Of a stretch of DNA of 32,000 bases, positions 17,905 through 25,892 are shown one piece after another; positions within the stretch are counted from its first letter, which is position 1, and each line of letters begins with the position of its first letter. The notes under the pieces are model-generated. The model saw nothing but the letters and a program-made list of their open reading frames with translations. It did not search any database and had not been told where the DNA came from. The DNA comes from Archaeoglobus fulgidus DSM 4304 (GTDB lineage Archaea > Halobacteriota > Archaeoglobi > Archaeoglobales > Archaeoglobaceae). The stretch is from the NCBI RefSeq assembly GCF_000008665.1, contig NC_000917.1:330001-362000 (forward strand). Direction: 5' to 3'. The translations under genes and the position numbers were made by a program.

Positions 17905-18660
17905 ATGCTGACCTTCGTTGGACTCGGACTTTGGGACGTCAAAGACATTTCAGTCAAGGGACTGGAGGCCGTAAGGGAGGCTGATGAGGTTTACGTGGAG
18001 TATTATACGTCGAAGCTTTTGAGCAGCATTGAGGAAATGGAAGAATTCTTCGGTAAGAGAGTTGTTGAGCTGGAGAGGAGCGACCTTGAGGAAAACAGCT
18101 TCAGGTTGATAGAGAGAGCAAAGAGTAAAAGTGTTGTGCTGCTTGTCCCCGGAGACCCAATGGTTGCAACCACGCACTCCGCAATTAAGCTTGAGGCGGA
18201 GAGGAAAGGCGTCAAAACGAGAATCATCCACGGGGCAAGCATTTCTACCGCTGTTTGCGGACTAACGGGTTTGCACAACTATAGATTCGGAAAATCCGCG
18301 ACTGTAAGCTGGCACAGGTCGCAGACGCCGGTTAATGTTATTAAGGCTAATCGAAGCATCGACGCACACACGCTGCTGTTTTTAGACCTCCATCCGGAGC
18401 CAATGACGATAGGGCATGCCGTAGAAAACCTAATCGCCGAAGATGCCCAAATGAAAGACCTTTACGCAGTGGGGATAGCCAGAGCGGGGAGTGGAGAGGA
18501 AGTGGTTAAGTGCGACAGGCTCGAAAATCTGAAGAAAATTGACTTTGGCAAACCCCTCCACGTGATGGTTGTCCTTGCAAAAACTCTGCACTTCATGGAG
18601 TTTGAGTGCCTGAGAGAGTTTGCCGACGCTCCTGCAGAGCTTGAGAGGTTGGTAGCATGA
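17905..18660 (+). CDS. dphB: Diphthine synthase, 251 aa
   Basis: MLTFVGLGLWDVKDISVKGLEAVREADEVYVEYYTS, VVLLVPGDPMVATTHSAIKLEAERKG, IHGASISTAVCGLTGLHNYRFGKSATV. Confidence 0.96.
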   Translation: MLTFVGLGLWDVKDISVKGLEAVREADEVYVEYYTSKLLSSIEEMEEFFGKRVVELERSDLEENSFRLIERAKSKSVVLLVPGDPMVATTHSAIKLEAERKGVKTRIIHGASISTAVCGLTGLHNYRFGKSATVSWHRSQTPVNVIKANRSIDAHTLLFLDLHPEPMTIGHAVENLIAEDAQMKDLYAVGIARAGSGEEVVKCDRLENLKKIDFGKPLHVMVVLAKTLHFMEFECLREFADAPAELERLVA

Positions 18661-18745
18661 TAATTCCTGAAAGGGAAAAGTGGGGGCTGTTTCTGCTTTT
18701 TCTTGGGCTTCTTCTGGCAGGCTACATGCACTGGAGGTTTTCGTT

Positions 18746-19390
18746 ATGAAGATTCCAAAAACGTATGATGAGATAATGGAGCATTTCGGCGGGCTTATTG
18801 ATGAGGTGACCGCGGAACTGCTCGAAAGCTACGCAAAGGGAGAAACTGTGAGGGTGAGTGAGGCGTTGGCCAAAAGCGGCAGAGTTGCCGTTGAAGGCGT
18901 GGTTTTGAGGGTTTTTCCCGTAAGGCATTTCAGCAAAAACGGCAGGAGCGGAAAGGTTGGAAGCGTTGTAATTCAGGACGACTGCACGGTTAGAGTTAAC
19001 TTCTGGAATGAGGCGGCAGAGATAATAGAGGCTGGGGATATTGTGGAAGGAGCGAGGATAAAAGTAAGGGGCTATGCGAGGGGGGAGGAGATACACGTCA
19101 ACAGCCTCTCGGAGGTGGAGGTTTTTGTCGACTTTGTAAATATCTCTGAGCTTGATGAGAAGGTTGGGGAGAGGGTAAACGTAAAGGGCTTTGTATCCGG
19201 ACTGGGTGAGCCGGAAAAGGCCAATGAAATATACATTTCAGATGAGACTGGCAGAGTGAAGGTTTTACTGGAAAATGAGAGCCTCTACTATGCCGTTGAC
19301 ATTGGGTCCTACGTTGAGATATACAACGCTCTGGCCGGAGAGGATGGCATTTACGTCGATAGAAATTCGAGGTTCAGTGTTGGGGAGTAG
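18746..19390 (+). CDS. OB-fold nucleic-acid-binding protein (RPA/SSB-like), 214 aa
   Basis: Repeated OB-like segments (VGSVVIQDDCTVRVNFWNEAAEIIEAGDIVEGARIKVRGYARGEEIHVNS; GERVNVKGFVSGLGEPEKANEIYISDETGRVKVLL). ATG at 18746 is preceded by CTGGAGGT; the longer tracked start at 18680 is less likely. Confidence 0.7.
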   Translation: MKIPKTYDEIMEHFGGLIDEVTAELLESYAKGETVRVSEALAKSGRVAVEGVVLRVFPVRHFSKNGRSGKVGSVVIQDDCTVRVNFWNEAAEIIEAGDIVEGARIKVRGYARGEEIHVNSLSEVEVFVDFVNISELDEKVGERVNVKGFVSGLGEPEKANEIYISDETGRVKVLLENESLYYAVDIGSYVEIYNALAGEDGIYVDRNSRFSVGE

Positions 19391-19704
19391 AAGAGGTGGG
19401 ATTCGCAATCGCAGTCGGAGCATCCGAATCCCCTAATTCTTTCAAAACTCTCGAACCTTTGTGCAAGCCCGCATTCCGGCTCTTTAGAAAGTATAGCTCC
19501 CACCACCTCCATTTTAGCTGAGATATAGTCGATGTGCCACCTCTTCTTCTTTTTGATGGAAAAGTGCCGCTTTACTCTGTGAACACCGCTATTGGCACTG
19601 CCGACATAGTAGTAATAGCCCCTCCTGAACGCTATGACCCCCAGCGCTCCCACCCTCACCTGAAAATATTCACAACAGCGGAGCACCAAGACGTAGGAGG
19701 TCAC
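19351..19704 (-). CDS. DUF123 (GIY-YIG-related) protein, 117 aa
   Basis: GALGVIAFRRGYYYYVGSANSGVHRVKRHFSIKKKKRWHIDYISAKMEVVGAIL is characteristic of DUF123. The 3' end overlaps the OB-fold gene by 40 nt. Confidence 0.8.
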   Translation of the reverse strand: MTSYVLVLRCCEYFQVRVGALGVIAFRRGYYYYVGSANSGVHRVKRHFSIKKKKRWHIDYISAKMEVVGAILSKEPECGLAQRFESFERIRGFGCSDCDCESHLFYSPTLNLEFLST

Positions 19705-19722
19705 GCCGAAAGTAGAGCCAAG

Positions 19723-19732
19723 ACTTATAAAT
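19723..19732 (+). promoter_or_regulatory. TATA-like element for the downstream transglutaminase-like gene; spacing suggests a leaderless transcript
   Basis: ACTTATAAAT about 20-28 nt upstream of the ATG at 19751. Confidence 0.5.
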
Positions 19733-19750
19733 GGACACCTTACTTAGCCC

Positions 19751-20692
19751 ATGAGATGGTCGATCATCTTTACAGCCTTGCTTCTAACCCTTTGCATATC
19801 TCCGCCGGCAGAAGAGCTTTCGCGGGAGGAGTACTGCAGCAAGGTCTGGAGATACGACTACGAATGCGCGCTAAATTACATTCTGAACGATGAAGAAGTT
19901 CAGAAAGTTGCGGCCGTTGCGGAGAAGCTGAAAGGAGTTGACTGCAAGGACACAGCGTGGAAAATACTTGAGTGGGAGGATGAGAATCTCGTTTACGATG
20001 TTGAGAAGGCAAGTCTCCCACCTCCGCAGATTGTGGTCAGAGGCAAGGAAGTTGAGGTGTACGACACGGGTAGATACATTCAAACGCCATCCGAAACGAT
20101 AATGCTTCGAAAGGGCATCTGCACGGATTACGCTTTTCTTACACTCGCTCTTCTCAAGTACAACGGTTGTAAAGGTTATCTGGTTAATGTGACCTTTGAG
20201 AACGATGATGTCGGGCATGTTGCTGCAGCCATAGCCGTCAACGGAACTTACTTCATTCTCGACCAGCACCTCCCGCCCTTCGACCCTCAGGGATACTTCA
20301 TCAAATGGTTAAGGGATGGGAAGAGGATTGAGAAGGCAGAGATCATTGATAACAACACCACCATACCGCTCAACCTTTCCATCGGGTATGTGGCAAGCGA
20401 TAGAGATGCGAAATCGCTCGAATCAAGAATCCGTCAGTACTTTAAAGGCACTGGAATAAGAGAAGATCCAAGACTGAACGGTGAGAAACTACCTTTAGGA
20501 TACAGGGAAGGCTACACGCTCAAATTGAGCCTTGAGATGGCAGAATACTACCATCCTGAATTTGAAAGGCAGTATGCGGAGCACATCTACAAACTCCTTG
20601 AAGAGAGCATCGAAGGAAGGTTTAAGGCGTTCAACCTTCACTTGTCTATTAAGGGAGATGTGATGGAGATCGTTCTTTACCTCGCAAGGTGA
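19751..20692 (+). CDS. Secreted or membrane-anchored transglutaminase-like domain protein, 313 aa
   Basis: Signal-like N-terminus MRWSIIFTALLLTLCISPPAEE. Cys/His/Asp pattern: GICTDYAFLTLALLKYNG, DVGHVAAAIAVNGTYFILDQHLPPFD. Confidence 0.78.
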   Translation: MRWSIIFTALLLTLCISPPAEELSREEYCSKVWRYDYECALNYILNDEEVQKVAAVAEKLKGVDCKDTAWKILEWEDENLVYDVEKASLPPPQIVVRGKEVEVYDTGRYIQTPSETIMLRKGICTDYAFLTLALLKYNGCKGYLVNVTFENDDVGHVAAAIAVNGTYFILDQHLPPFDPQGYFIKWLRDGKRIEKAEIIDNNTTIPLNLSIGYVASDRDAKSLESRIRQYFKGTGIREDPRLNGEKLPLGYREGYTLKLSLEMAEYYHPEFERQYAEHIYKLLEESIEGRFKAFNLHLSIKGDVMEIVLYLAR

Positions 20693-20720
20693 GGGTAAGA
20701 GTTATTTATAATGCATCCAA

Positions 20721-21221
20721 ATGAAATGTGTGGAAGTGCACGTCATAGACTCCAGTGCGATCTTCCAGAGAAAGGCCGTTTACAGGAACATGGTTACCGT
20801 GCCAGAGGTAGTGGCAGAGATCCTCGACGAGGCTTCGGCACTGTACTTCAGCGTAAAAAACTTCAGGGTGGAGGAGGCGAGTCCTGAGAGCGTTGAAGAG
20901 GTGAAGGAGGCTGCGAGAAAAACCGGTGACATCCACAAGCTCTCAGATACGGACATAAAGGTACTGGCAAAGGCTCTGGATGAAATAAAGAAGGGGAACG
21001 AGGTCGTTCTTGTAACCGACGATTACGCTATCCAGAATGTGGCAATGAGCCTTGGAATAAGGTTCGACGGCATTCTCCACAGACAGATATCAAAAGAATT
21101 TAAATGGGTGAAGGTGTGTAGAGGATGTGGTAGAAGAATTGAGTCTGAAATTTGCCCCGTGTGTGGGAGTGAGGCTATAATTAGGAGGGTTAAAAATGAC
21201 AAAAATCGAAACTCTGGTTGA
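20721..21221 (+). CDS. Nob1-like PIN-domain endoribonuclease with C-terminal zinc ribbon, 166 aa
   Basis: VHVIDSSAIFQRKAVYRN, DIKVLAKALDEIKKGNEVVLVTDDYAIQNVA, and zinc ribbon CRGCGRRIESEICPVCGSEAIIRRV. A GTG at 20730 is an alternative start. Confidence 0.88.
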   Translation: MKCVEVHVIDSSAIFQRKAVYRNMVTVPEVVAEILDEASALYFSVKNFRVEEASPESVEEVKEAARKTGDIHKLSDTDIKVLAKALDEIKKGNEVVLVTDDYAIQNVAMSLGIRFDGILHRQISKEFKWVKVCRGCGRRIESEICPVCGSEAIIRRVKNDKNRNSG

Positions 21222-21783
21222 GAGGGCTAGAAGGCTTAAGGAGAAGGGCTTAACGACTGAAGAGATTGCTGATGAGCTCAACGTTTCAAGAGAAACTGCA
21301 TTATGGTTGATTACGAGAGTGGGCGAGACACCGCCTTCTGACATTTACGTGGAGTGGAGGGAGCTGACTAAGCCTTCGAGGCTTAGACTTGTTGCGATGG
21401 CTATGGCAGACATGATAGTGAGCGAGGTGAAGGAGGATATAGAGGTGGTTGTGGGTATTGCCACCAGCGGAATACCCCTCGCCGCAATGGTTGCGGAAGA
21501 GCTTGGATGCGAGTTCACAATCTACTACCCAAGAAAGTTCAAGACGGATGAGGAGAAGCCTAAAGGCGGAATTCTCAGCGAGAACTTTGCGAGAGTTTCG
21601 GGGAAGAAGTGCGCAATTGTAGATGACATAACTTCAACCGGGAGGTCGATAAAGGAGGCTATAGAGGTGATAGAGGCTAACGATGGGAAAGCCGTCTGCG
21701 CGGCGGTCATAGTGAACAAGAGGGGAGGAAACGAAATAGAAGGCATCCCCCTGCTTAGCATGCTCAAGATTCTGAGGATATAA
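21196..21783 (+). CDS. gfcR: GfcR/PyrE-like protein: HTH plus phosphoribosyltransferase fold, 195 aa
   Basis: N-terminal HTH (LKEKGLTTEEIADELNVSRETALWLITR) and PRTase motif CAIVDDITSTGRSIKEAIEVIE. Confidence 0.87.
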   Translation: MTKIETLVERARRLKEKGLTTEEIADELNVSRETALWLITRVGETPPSDIYVEWRELTKPSRLRLVAMAMADMIVSEVKEDIEVVVGIATSGIPLAAMVAEELGCEFTIYYPRKFKTDEEKPKGGILSENFARVSGKKCAIVDDITSTGRSIKEAIEVIEANDGKAVCAAVIVNKRGGNEIEGIPLLSMLKILRI

Positions 21784-22700
21784 TGGATGTAACGGTCGTT
21801 ATCCCAACGCTGAACGAGGAGGAGGCCATTGGAGAGGTCGTTGAGGGATTCGCCAAAAGAGGATTTAGAGTTCTTGTAATCGACGGAAACAGCAAGGACA
21901 GGACAAGGGAAATTGCAAGGGAAAAAGGCGCTGAGGTAGTAATTCAGAGCGGGAAGGGGAAGGGGCAGGCTGTTGCGGAAGCTTTCGAGATTGTTGATAG
22001 CGACATACTGGTTCTCGTGGACGGAGATGGAACTTACCTTCCGGAAGAGGTTTACAGGCTTCTTGAACCAATAAAGGAAGGCGGGGCTGATCACGTGATT
22101 GGAAACAGGTTTGCCAGCTTTGAGAAGGGGGCATTCACTAGACTGAACTTAATTGGGAACAAGCTTCTCAACATGTTTTTCCGGCTGGCGTACGGAGTGG
22201 AGCTGAGAGATATTCTCTCAGGCTACAGAGCGCTAAAAAAAGAGGTTTACAAATCTGTAGAGCTTACAAAACCCGGTTTTGAGGTTGAAACCGAGCTAAC
22301 GGTAGAGACGCTTGCAAAGGGCTTCAGAATTGTTGAAGTGCCCATCACCTACAGAAAAAGGGGAGGAAAGACGAAGCTGAATCCTTTAAGAGACGGATTC
22401 AGGATTGGGAAAACAATTTATGAGTTGATGAGCAGGTACAGCCCTGCAAGATACCTCTACATTTTCGGCCTGATTTTCATCATCGCCGGGCTGATTTCAG
22501 GAGCCTTTGTCGTTTACGAGTGGTTTTTGAGGATTACGCATTATTTGCTGGCAATTCTTACAGCACTTTTCATAATCACGGGAGTTCAGCTAATCATGTT
22601 CGGCCTTATAGCTGATTTTATATTCAGAAGCAACGTCGAGTTCAGAAAAGAACTCAGAAGGCTCAGAGAGGCGATGGAGGTTGAAGGTAAGGGAGATTGA
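21783..22700 (+). CDS. GT2-family dolichyl-phosphate sugar synthase with two C-terminal TM segments, 305 aa
   Basis: VVIPTLNEEEAIGEVVEGF, ILVLVDGDGTYLPEEVYRLLEPI, DILSGYRALKKEVYKSV, TYRKRGGKTKLNPLRDG, plus a hydrophobic C-terminus. Confidence 0.88.
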   Translation: MDVTVVIPTLNEEEAIGEVVEGFAKRGFRVLVIDGNSKDRTREIAREKGAEVVIQSGKGKGQAVAEAFEIVDSDILVLVDGDGTYLPEEVYRLLEPIKEGGADHVIGNRFASFEKGAFTRLNLIGNKLLNMFFRLAYGVELRDILSGYRALKKEVYKSVELTKPGFEVETELTVETLAKGFRIVEVPITYRKRGGKTKLNPLRDGFRIGKTIYELMSRYSPARYLYIFGLIFIIAGLISGAFVVYEWFLRITHYLLAILTALFIITGVQLIMFGLIADFIFRSNVEFRKELRRLREAMEVEGKGD

Positions 22701-23682
22701 GGAGCTGTTTCATCAAAATCTACATGAGCTGGGAGAGAGGGCTGATGCGCTGAACGACAGAGTGATGTTCGTCGTAAACAGGCACATAAACTACACCGAC
22801 ATCTGCGTTGCCAAATGCCCTCTCTGCGCCTTCAACAACAGAGAAGGTTATCTGCTATCTCCGGAAGAAATTCTGAGGAAGGTGAGGGAGGTTGATGGCA
22901 TAACGGAAGTACACATTGTTGGGGGGCACAATCCCGAAGTTGGGGTGGAATACTTCGAGGAGGTTTTCAGGAGAATCAAGAGAGAGAAGCCAGAGGTTGT
23001 GATTAAAGCCTTGACTGCAACTGAAGTTTACTACTACGCCAAGAAGGAGAAAATGAGCATCAGGGAGTTTCTCAGCAGGCTTAAGGATGCGGGTCTTCAA
23101 GCGATGCCGGGCGGTGGGGCTGAGATTCTCGTTGATTCTGTAAGGAGAAAAATCAGCCCAAACAAGTGCTCAAGCGATGAGTGGTTGAGGGTTATGAAGA
23201 TTGCCCACGAGCTTGGAATCAAGAGCAACGCCACGATGCTTTTCGGTCATGTTGAGGAAATAAGGCACAGAGCCATCCACCTCTACAGGCTGAGGAAGCT
23301 TCAGGAGAAGACTGGAGGCTTTGTCTCCTTCATACCTCTCGTTTACCATCCAGAGAACAACCCCCTCGGCAAAATCGTGAGGGAGAAAACCAACCCCGTT
23401 GACATTCTGAAAACAATAGCTGTTTCAAGAATCGCTTTGGACAACTTCAGGAGCGTGAGGGCTTACTGGGTCATGCTGGGGGAGAAGCTGACAGAGGTTG
23501 CTCTGAGGTTCGGGGCGAACGATATAGATGGGACGGTTGTTGAGGAGAAAGTAACGCATGCTGCAGGCGCTGAAACGCCCGCAGGATTGACAGTTGAGAG
23601 GCTCGTGGAGATTTGCAGGAGTGCTGGCAAGAGAGTCGGGCAGAGGGATACCTTCTGCAACATCCTGAAGTGGTACGCATGA
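22681..23682 (+). CDS. mqnE: Aminofutalosine synthase MqnE (radical SAM), 333 aa, TTG start
   Basis: CX3CX2C motif CVAKCPLCAF and HIVGGHNPEVGVEYFEE; C-terminal DNFRSVRAYWVMLGEKLTEVALRFGANDIDGTVVEEKVTHAAGA is MqnE-like. Confidence 0.9.
   Translation: MKVREIEELFHQNLHELGERADALNDRVMFVVNRHINYTDICVAKCPLCAFNNREGYLLSPEEILRKVREVDGITEVHIVGGHNPEVGVEYFEEVFRRIKREKPEVVIKALTATEVYYYAKKEKMSIREFLSRLKDAGLQAMPGGGAEILVDSVRRKISPNKCSSDEWLRVMKIAHELGIKSNATMLFGHVEEIRHRAIHLYRLRKLQEKTGGFVSFIPLVYHPENNPLGKIVREKTNPVDILKTIAVSRIALDNFRSVRAYWVMLGEKLTEVALRFGANDIDGTVVEEKVTHAAGAETPAGLTVERLVEICRSAGKRVGQRDTFCNILKWYA
23105..23196 (+). repeat. 92-bp near-identical tract inside mqnE (partner 24872-24963 in mqnC)
   Basis: Hand alignment gives 89/92 identical; the three differences are C/T, C/T and A/G at codon third positions. 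Confidence 0.95.
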
Positions 23683-24419
23683 GGGTTGGCAAATTCGACT
23701 ACCTCAACAATTTTCTGCCCTACTACTTTCTCAACGAGAAGGTTGAGATTGTTGAGGCAAATCCGAGGGAAATGGCTTCAATGCTCCTATCTGGCAGAAT
23801 TGACTACGCTCCAGTGCCAGCATTCTTCTACCTCAAAAACAGGGAAAGGCTGAGACACTACGAGTTCTGTGTTGCCTCCGAAGGCAAAGTGCTCAGCGTA
23901 GTGGTGGTTTCGAGAAAAAAGGAGCTGGATGATGGGTCAATTGCCGTAACTCCCCACTCCCTAACCTCCGTCAACCTCCTAAAAATTCTGCTTGCTGAGA
24001 GGGGAATGAAGAACATGCTTGTAGAGGTTAACACTGCAAAAGCCTCGGAAATGCTCGAACTCTGCCCTCATGCGCTCGTTATTGGGGATGAGGCAATTAA
24101 GGCGAGGATGATTTACAAAGTCGTTATGGATCTGGGGGAGGAGTGGTACGAGCTTACTTCTCTGCCCGCAGTTTTTGGAATATCAGCCTCTCTGAAAGAA
24201 ACAAATGCGGAGGAAATGGACAGGAAGATTTTGATGGCAACTGAGGAAGGCTACAGGAGGTTCGATGAAGTTGTTAGAGCGGCAGAGAAAGCCTTTAAGA
24301 TGCCGAGGGAGTTCCTTGAGGAGTACTTCAGAACGCTTAAGTTCAGGTTGAGCAGCAAGGAAAGGAGGGGGCTTGATGAATTCGAGAAGTACTGCAGAGA
24401 TTACGGACTACTTGAATGA
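23679..24419 (+). CDS. mqnA: Chorismate dehydratase MqnA, 246 aa (shortened from the tracked start at 23613)
   Basis: MRVGKFDYLNNFLPYYFL and LLSGRIDYAPVPAFFYL. The ATGA overlap with the mqnE stop supports the start at 23679. Confidence 0.88.
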   Translation: MRVGKFDYLNNFLPYYFLNEKVEIVEANPREMASMLLSGRIDYAPVPAFFYLKNRERLRHYEFCVASEGKVLSVVVVSRKKELDDGSIAVTPHSLTSVNLLKILLAERGMKNMLVEVNTAKASEMLELCPHALVIGDEAIKARMIYKVVMDLGEEWYELTSLPAVFGISASLKETNAEEMDRKILMATEEGYRRFDEVVRAAEKAFKMPREFLEEYFRTLKFRLSSKERRGLDEFEKYCRDYGLLE

Positions 24420-25443
24420 GAAAATTACAAAGAAGGATGCTCTGGAGCTTTTTTCCCTCCCAATTCACGCTGTGGGGAGAATTGCCGACGAAATCAGGAA
24501 AGTGAAGTGCGGAGACCTCGTAACCTTCGTCAATGACACAAACATCAACTACACGAACATCTGCCTTTCAAAATGCAGGTTCTGCGCCTTCTACGCAAGG
24601 GAAAAAGGCTATGTCCTCTCTCATGAAGAGATTCTGAGGAAAGTAGGCTATGCTGTCAAAATGGGAGCAACTCAAATAATGCTTCAGGGCGGAATGAATC
24701 CTGATCTGGGATTGGAGTGGTTTGAGGAGCTTTTCAGGAAAATTAAGGCCAGATTTTCCAGTGTTCACATACACAGCCTCTCCCCGCCAGAAATCGTCTT
24801 TCTGGCAAAGCTTGAGAGGAGCAGCATAAGGGAGGTTCTTGATAGATTGAAGGCTGCCGGATTAGACTCTCTGCCGGGTGGTGGGGCTGAGATTCTTGTT
24901 GATTCTGTAAGGAGAAAAATCAGCCCGAACAAGTGCTCAAGCGATGAGTGGTTGAGGGTTATGGAGACAGCCCACAGCCTGAACATGCCCACGACTGCAA
25001 CAATGATGTTCGGGCATGTGGAGAGCGACGGTGACATAGTGGAGCACCTCATAAAAATCAGGGAGCTTCAGGAAAAAACCGGCGGTTTCACAGCCTTCAT
25101 CCCATGGACCTTCCAGCCGGGAAACACGGAGCTTTACGCTGAAATCAAACGCCCTGTCTCTCCCCTCAGATACCTGCAGGTTTTAGCCATTTCAAGAATA
25201 GTCCTGAACAACTTCAGAAACATTCAGGCTTCATGGCTCACTCAGGGATTTGAGATCGCTACACTAAGCCTCTTCTTCGGGGCAAATGACTTTGGTGGGA
25301 CGATGCTGGAGGAGAATGTTGTAAGAGCTACGGGGAAAGACTTCAGGCCTGCAAAAATTGAGGAGATTGTGAAAGCCGTTAAGGCCGTGGGGAGGCCAGT
25401 TGCATTGCGTGATACCTACTACAACATTCTGGAGTGGTTCTGA
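24412..25443 (+). CDS. mqnC: Cyclic dehypoxanthinyl futalosine synthase MqnC (radical SAM); TTG at 24412 plausible, tracked TTG at 24373 also possible
   Basis: CLSKCRFCAF motif, ATQIMLQGGMNPDLGLEWFEELFR, TTATMMFGHVE, FIPWTFQPGNTEL, QASWLTQGFEIATLSLFFGANDFGGTMLEENVV. Confidence 0.9.
   Translation: MNEKITKKDALELFSLPIHAVGRIADEIRKVKCGDLVTFVNDTNINYTNICLSKCRFCAFYAREKGYVLSHEEILRKVGYAVKMGATQIMLQGGMNPDLGLEWFEELFRKIKARFSSVHIHSLSPPEIVFLAKLERSSIREVLDRLKAAGLDSLPGGGAEILVDSVRRKISPNKCSSDEWLRVMETAHSLNMPTTATMMFGHVESDGDIVEHLIKIRELQEKTGGFTAFIPWTFQPGNTELYAEIKRPVSPLRYLQVLAISRIVLNNFRNIQASWLTQGFEIATLSLFFGANDFGGTMLEENVVRATGKDFRPAKIEEIVKAVKAVGRPVALRDTYYNILEWF
24872..24963 (+). repeat. 92-bp near-identical tract inside mqnC (partner 23105-23196 in mqnE)
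   Basis: Same alignment; both encode PGGGAEILVDSVRRKISPNKCSSDEWLRVM. Confidence 0.95.
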
Positions 25444-25892
25444 TGTCCGGCAAGAAATTTAAGGAGATTGCGGAAAAGCTTGGAGTTGAGGTGGAGTTTG
25501 AGGAAGTTGAGCCTGCAAAAATCAAGCTTGATCCAAGGGCGAGATGGAAGTGCATGTTCGGCTGCGAAAGTTACGGAATGCCCTCCTGCCCTCCAAACGT
25601 TCCCGATTTTGAGGAATGCGAGAGGTTCGTGAGGGCTTACAGAAGGGCCTACCTGTTCAGGTTCAAAGTTAAAAGTAAAGAAGATGTGAGAAGGGCTCAG
25701 GAGTTCATGCTTGAGGCCGAGCTTAGCCTGAAAAAGCCCTTTGCCTTTGCAACCTTTCCCGGCAGTTGCATGCTATGCAATGAATGCAGCGGTAGGTGCA
25801 GCAGAGTCAGACCATCACTCTCCGCCCTCTGCGTTGACGCTTCCAGCCTTGCAGTCAAAGACGAAATGGTAGCTTTGCTTTTCGTCGATTGA
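25443..25892 (+). CDS. DUF2284-like Cys-rich, probably metal-binding protein, 149 aa
   Basis: WKCMFGCESYGMPSCPPNVPDFEECERFVRAYRRAYLFRF and PGSCMLCNECSGRCSRVRPS. The ATG overlaps the mqnC stop (TGATG), indicating translational coupling. Confidence 0.82.
   Translation: MSGKKFKEIAEKLGVEVEFEEVEPAKIKLDPRARWKCMFGCESYGMPSCPPNVPDFEECERFVRAYRRAYLFRFKVKSKEDVRRAQEFMLEAELSLKKPFAFATFPGSCMLCNECSGRCSRVRPSLSALCVDASSLAVKDEMVALLFVD

Noticed and set aside
18462-18731. Minus-strand ORF at the dph5 3' end
   Set aside because: Mostly antisense to dph5. The remainder covers a short gap containing the ribosome-binding site of the OB-fold gene.
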